A stretch of DNA of 36,717 bases from IMG/VR virus record IMGVR_UViG_3300042890_000848, positions 1 to 36,717 of that record. One strand, 5' to 3'. Position 1 is the stretch's first letter. The number at the start of each line of letters is the position of its first letter. Below the pieces are notes generated by a model. That model was not told the origin of the DNA and made no database searches. It was given only the letters and a program-made list of their open reading frames with translations. Source of the DNA: a virus (lineage: Duplodnaviria; Caudoviricetes). Of the stretch, positions 33,240-36,717 are shown in pieces. The position numbers and the translations under genes are program-made.

Positions 33240-33644
33240 ATGACTTGGGATATTCCCCAAATGGTCACGACGATAGGAGGCATCGTGAACAAGTTCATCC
33301 CAGACCGGGATGCACAAGCGAAGCTACAGGCAGAGCTTCAAATGAAGCTGCTAGAGATTGAGGCCAATTCCGCCAAAGCGCAGACCGAGATCAACCAAGT
33401 CGAGGCGGCAAGTTCCAACATCTTTGTCTCTGGGTGGCGCCCCTGCGTGGGGTGGGTATGCGCCACGGCCTTTGCATGGCAGTTCGTGATTCAACCCTTT
33501 TTCTCATTTGCGTACACGCTCTACACCAAGCAGCCGGCGCCGGTCGTCGCCCTCGATCACGATGCGCTGAATACCGTGTTGTTCGGCCTCCTCGGATTGG
33601 GAGGCTTTAGGTCATGGGAAAAGGTGAAGGGAGTCTCCAAATGA
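33240..33644 (+). CDS. Holin (3TM, GTA-holin-like)
   Basis: VNKFIPD, FVSGWRPCVGWVC, LLGLGGFRSWEKVKG. Confidence 0.85.
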   Translation: MTWDIPQMVTTIGGIVNKFIPDRDAQAKLQAELQMKLLEIEANSAKAQTEINQVEAASSNIFVSGWRPCVGWVCATAFAWQFVIQPFFSFAYTLYTKQPAPVVALDHDALNTVLFGLLGLGGFRSWEKVKGVSK

Positions 33645-34087
33645 TCGACGCTCGCTCCCAGAAGAACTTGGACACCTTACTCCCCAAGGTGAAGCCGGTG
33701 ATGGAGGCTTTCGTTCTTGAGGCCAAGAAATACTTCCAAGAGAAGGGAGTCGATTGTGTCGTCATCTGCGGAACCCGTACCTATGCAGAGCAGGATGCCC
33801 TGTACGCTCAAGGACGCACGAAGCCAGGGAAGATCGTTACAAAGGCCAGAGGTGGCGAAAGCCGACACAATTTCGGCCTCGCAATAGACTTGGGTCTCTT
33901 CGTCAACGGCAAGTATCTGGAAGACTCCCCCTTCTACGATCACATCGGGAAGGTCGTCGCCAAGTTCCCGCAACTGGAGTGGGGCGGGTCGTGGAAGTTC
34001 GTCGATGAACCCCATGTCGAATACCGCACCGGCCTCACGCTTGCTCAAATGCGCGAACGGGTAAAGACCGGCAAGCCAATCGTATGA
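33641..34087 (+). CDS. Endolysin, M15 family peptidase (L-Ala-D-Glu type)
   Basis: RTYAEQDALYAQGRT, SRHNFGLAID, EWGGSW, DEPHVE. Confidence 0.9.
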   Translation: MIDARSQKNLDTLLPKVKPVMEAFVLEAKKYFQEKGVDCVVICGTRTYAEQDALYAQGRTKPGKIVTKARGGESRHNFGLAIDLGLFVNGKYLEDSPFYDHIGKVVAKFPQLEWGGSWKFVDEPHVEYRTGLTLAQMRERVKTGKPIV

Positions 34088-34272
34088 ACAACGAGACCGC
34101 ATCCAACTGCCTAGCCGAGATCCTAGAGGCAATAGACGCCGGCGCTGAACCCCGTGTCGTCGGAGCTACCGCAATCGCGAATCGTGATGCCATCCGCAAG
34201 GCAGTGAAGACCCTCAAGCCAAAAAGCCGCCCCCGCGAGTCAACCGAGGACGAGGACTACTACTACTTCTAA
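34084..34272 (+). CDS. Hypothetical protein
   Basis: 62 aa, ATGA-coupled. Confidence 0.6.
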   Translation: MNNETASNCLAEILEAIDAGAEPRVVGATAIANRDAIRKAVKTLKPKSRPRESTEDEDYYYF

Positions 34273-34273
34273 A

Positions 34274-34591
34274 ATGACACCAGAACGAGACGCAGAAGAC
34301 ATCTGGGGTGACGCATCCCAAAAGGGAATCGCCAAGTACCACTCGGGGCAAGCCGAACACAAGACGGCATTCTGGTCTGCCGGCGCCGAGTGGTACGCCG
34401 ATCAGCTTGAAGACGAAATCCTCGACCTCGTTTCGTACTTTCACCATCTCCGCAAGCGCCTCAAAGCAATCCGCGCCGTCTCCGAACTCATGGCAACCGA
34501 TGAAGTCGGCCTACACGAAGCCGCTGCCATGATTAAAGACCTTACAGACTCCCACCCCCCCCGTCACCGCCACAAACAAAGCAACGACTAG
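34274..34591 (+). CDS. Hypothetical protein, possibly all-alpha NTP-pyrophosphohydrolase-like
   Basis: KGIAKY...W...LEDEILDLVSY acidic helix; functional call is tentative. Confidence 0.55.
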   Translation: MTPERDAEDIWGDASQKGIAKYHSGQAEHKTAFWSAGAEWYADQLEDEILDLVSYFHHLRKRLKAIRAVSELMATDEVGLHEAAAMIKDLTDSHPPRHRHKQSND

Positions 34592-35341
34592 ATGGCGAAC
34601 ATCACGCACAAGTGGAAGCGGTTGATGGCCGTTTCCTGCAGTCATGCTCGTTACGTCGATAAAGAAGCATGGAATGCCGTCCTGACCTTCAAGGAGCGAT
34701 TCAAGCCAACGACGACCCTGCACCTGGGTGATTTCGTTGACCTGACTTCCCTCATGAGTGGCGCCAAGGGAGTCTCCGAGGCCGAGCCGCTAATCCCTGA
34801 CATTGACACGGGCCTCCAGCACCTCCGCGAGTTGCGCCCTCAAATCGTGCTTTGCGGAAACCATGAAGTCCGCGCCTTCAAGCTCCGTTCCTCGCCATCC
34901 GCCCCCGTCGCGTACGCTTCCCACAAAATCGTGGAGGCTATGGAGCAGACTTGTCAAAAGCTCAAAGCCCGACTCGTTCCCTACGATGGCATTTTCCAGA
35001 TGGTAGATATTGCCGACATCGGGTTCACGCACGGGAGCATCTTCAATGAGATGGCAAGCCGCGACATGGCGGAGACCTACTGCAACGGCAAGCGAACCAA
35101 GGTAGCGTTCGGCCACACCCATAAGGTCTCCATCCAATCGTCACGCACCATGACAGGGGGGACGGGTTACAACATCGGCACCCTTACCCAGAGAGGCGGC
35201 ATGGACTACGCAAATACCCGCCGAGCCACCCTAGCGTGGACGCAAGCCTTCTTATGGGGGGAATACTGCGAAGAACTAAATCAATCATCCCTGCACATCA
35301 CCCAACGCAACCACAACGAACAATGGCGACTGCCCCTGTAA
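34592..35341 (+). CDS. Calcineurin-like metallophosphoesterase
   Basis: SCSH, HLGDFVD, GNHE, FTHG, FGHTH. Confidence 0.9.
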   Translation: MANITHKWKRLMAVSCSHARYVDKEAWNAVLTFKERFKPTTTLHLGDFVDLTSLMSGAKGVSEAEPLIPDIDTGLQHLRELRPQIVLCGNHEVRAFKLRSSPSAPVAYASHKIVEAMEQTCQKLKARLVPYDGIFQMVDIADIGFTHGSIFNEMASRDMAETYCNGKRTKVAFGHTHKVSIQSSRTMTGGTGYNIGTLTQRGGMDYANTRRATLAWTQAFLWGEYCEELNQSSLHITQRNHNEQWRLPL

Positions 35342-35573
35342 AAACACCAAACGATTGGCTTGCCATCCTTTCCAGCGCCGGCAAGCGAGTAGCCGACGAG
35401 GTTCCCACAGGATTTAAGACATCGGATAAAATAGCCGAGGAACCAACCGATCATCAAGCCACACCAGAAGACTCTTGCGAGCCGCAGTCAAAAACGGATT
35501 CGCAGAGGAGAAATCATTCCTGATTGATGTCGGAACTCGCCTCTACCCTGTGCCTCACTTTCGCATCCTGTGA
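35323..35573 (+). pseudogene. Winged-HTH gene with a single-base frameshift
   Basis: ...KTSDKIAEE then, in the -1 frame, TNRSSSHTRRLLRAAVKNG...YPVPHFRIL; the restored stop gives a GTGA overlap with the GNAT start. Confidence 0.7.
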
Positions 35574-36019
35574 TCATCATCCGCGAGGCTTCCCCCTCCC
35601 TCCTTCCCGTGAAGGTGGAAAAGGAAGTCTTGCGTTTAGACAAGGCGATCTTTGCAGGGTCTCCCAAGGTTGAGCTAACGGACGCTTGGTGGTGGCTTGT
35701 CCGCAACGACGAAGGCAAGCCGATTGCCTTTGCTGGGATGAGACCCGCAATCATGGACTGTCACAAGGGCATGGCATACATGGTCAGGAGTGGAGTCATT
35801 AAAAGCGAGAGAGGCCAAGGCATTCAGAAGAAGCTCATCAAGGCCCGCATCAACCTAGCTCGACGCCTCGGATTCTCTGCCGTTGTGACCTACGTCATGG
35901 ATTGGAACCTAGCCTCTGCCAATAGCCTTATTGGGTGCGGTTTCAAGCTCTACAAGCCCAAGGTTCAATACTACGGGAAAGACGTTTTCTATTTTAGGAA
36001 GGCGCTGAATGATTCATAA
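35570..36019 (+). CDS. GNAT acetyltransferase
   Basis: RSGV..SERGQGIQKKLI, NLASANSLIGCGFKLY. Confidence 0.85.
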   Translation: MIIIREASPSLLPVKVEKEVLRLDKAIFAGSPKVELTDAWWWLVRNDEGKPIAFAGMRPAIMDCHKGMAYMVRSGVIKSERGQGIQKKLIKARINLARRLGFSAVVTYVMDWNLASANSLIGCGFKLYKPKVQYYGKDVFYFRKALNDS

Positions 36020-36140
36020 GTGATTACGGTCTAGAATCTGTAAGTCGTCGCATAGACGATCTTTGCGATTCGCTTGTTTACTTTAATCAATAAGCGTTTT
36101 GACTAGATGCAAATTTTTGGTTGGTTGATAAATTGACGGT

Positions 36141-36602
36141 ATGAACTCGCTACAATACCGACGCGGATCAACTTGCTACGCAACCACGGGGCCGTCCCCG
36201 TTAGACAGAAAGTTTTTCCGCATCATGTTGCGGCGTGAAAACCGCATTCGCCTCAAGGAGCTATTCACGCTAGAGGTAGATGGAAAGGCCGTCCCCGGCG
36301 AAGTCAACCCGGACGGAAAATGTTTTTGGCGCATGGTAAAAATGGTGGATGGCGCAGAATATGGAGCACCATACCAAGCAGGCGGATTTGCTTCCTGGCT
36401 GCGTCTTTACCGCAAGCCGAAGGGTGGTAAGCGCAAGGGCGCAGGCCGCAAGAAGGGTGGGGGCAAAGGTCGAGTCCAGCAAAGCAGATCCATCTGTCTG
36501 TCGCTCGACGATTGGGCCTTCTTTGATCGGTTGTGCAACGAAAAGTCGAGGGGAAGGTTTGTAGTTAAACTGCTGAAATCGTACGAGTTGCAACAAAAGT
36601 AA
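36141..36602 (+). CDS. Putative DNA-binding regulator (C-terminal GGKRKGAGRK hook plus RHH-like)
   Basis: KGGKRKGAGRK...SRSICLSLDDWAFFD...SRGRFV. Confidence 0.65.
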   Translation: MNSLQYRRGSTCYATTGPSPLDRKFFRIMLRRENRIRLKELFTLEVDGKAVPGEVNPDGKCFWRMVKMVDGAEYGAPYQAGGFASWLRLYRKPKGGKRKGAGRKKGGGKGRVQQSRSICLSLDDWAFFDRLCNEKSRGRFVVKLLKSYELQQK

Positions 36603-36717
36603 AAAAAGTTACTTTTTCTGTTTACAAGTTTCTGTAGGTAGGCTTTATTCGTCTCCGTCATGTTTACGGAGACCAGTTTTTCTGTTGTATTCGCAATCCC
36701 CTCTCTGTGGGTGCGCG
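36591..36717. repeat. Terminal direct repeat, copy 2
   Basis: Identical to 1-127. Confidence 0.95.

Overview
The window is an apparently complete ~36.6 kb tailed-phage genome with a podovirus-type virion. Bases 1-127 equal 36591-36717, most likely a circular-assembly overlap. Almost all genes are on the + strand. The early/replication block has an RHH regulator, a RecT-like annealase, a PD-(D/E)XK nuclease, an HTH protein, a C5 DNA methyltransferase, a resolvase, an HNH protein and a DUF1376-like initiator with iterons. It is followed by terminases, portal, scaffold, an SSB-like gene, an antisense tRNA/ncRNA island, major capsid, tail tubular A/B, three ejection-type proteins (the last 2673 aa), tail fibres, holin/M15 endolysin, and an accessory block (metallophosphoesterase, frameshifted wHTH, GNAT). 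I recognise no integrase, DNA polymerase, helicase or RNA polymerase. Most notable: (1) the giant ejection protein carries three tandem ADP-ribosyltransferase-fold cassettes delimited by a repeated (S/R)F(S/A)I linker; (2) the methyltransferase is split over two overlapping frames with a G10 slippage tract in the dual-coding stretch; (3) the antisense island holds an atypical tRNA-Trp, an unexplained ~145-nt CCA-ending structured RNA, a cloverleaf with a remodelled anticodon arm, and a run of short palindromes. All family calls come from motif recognition by eye, not database searches.
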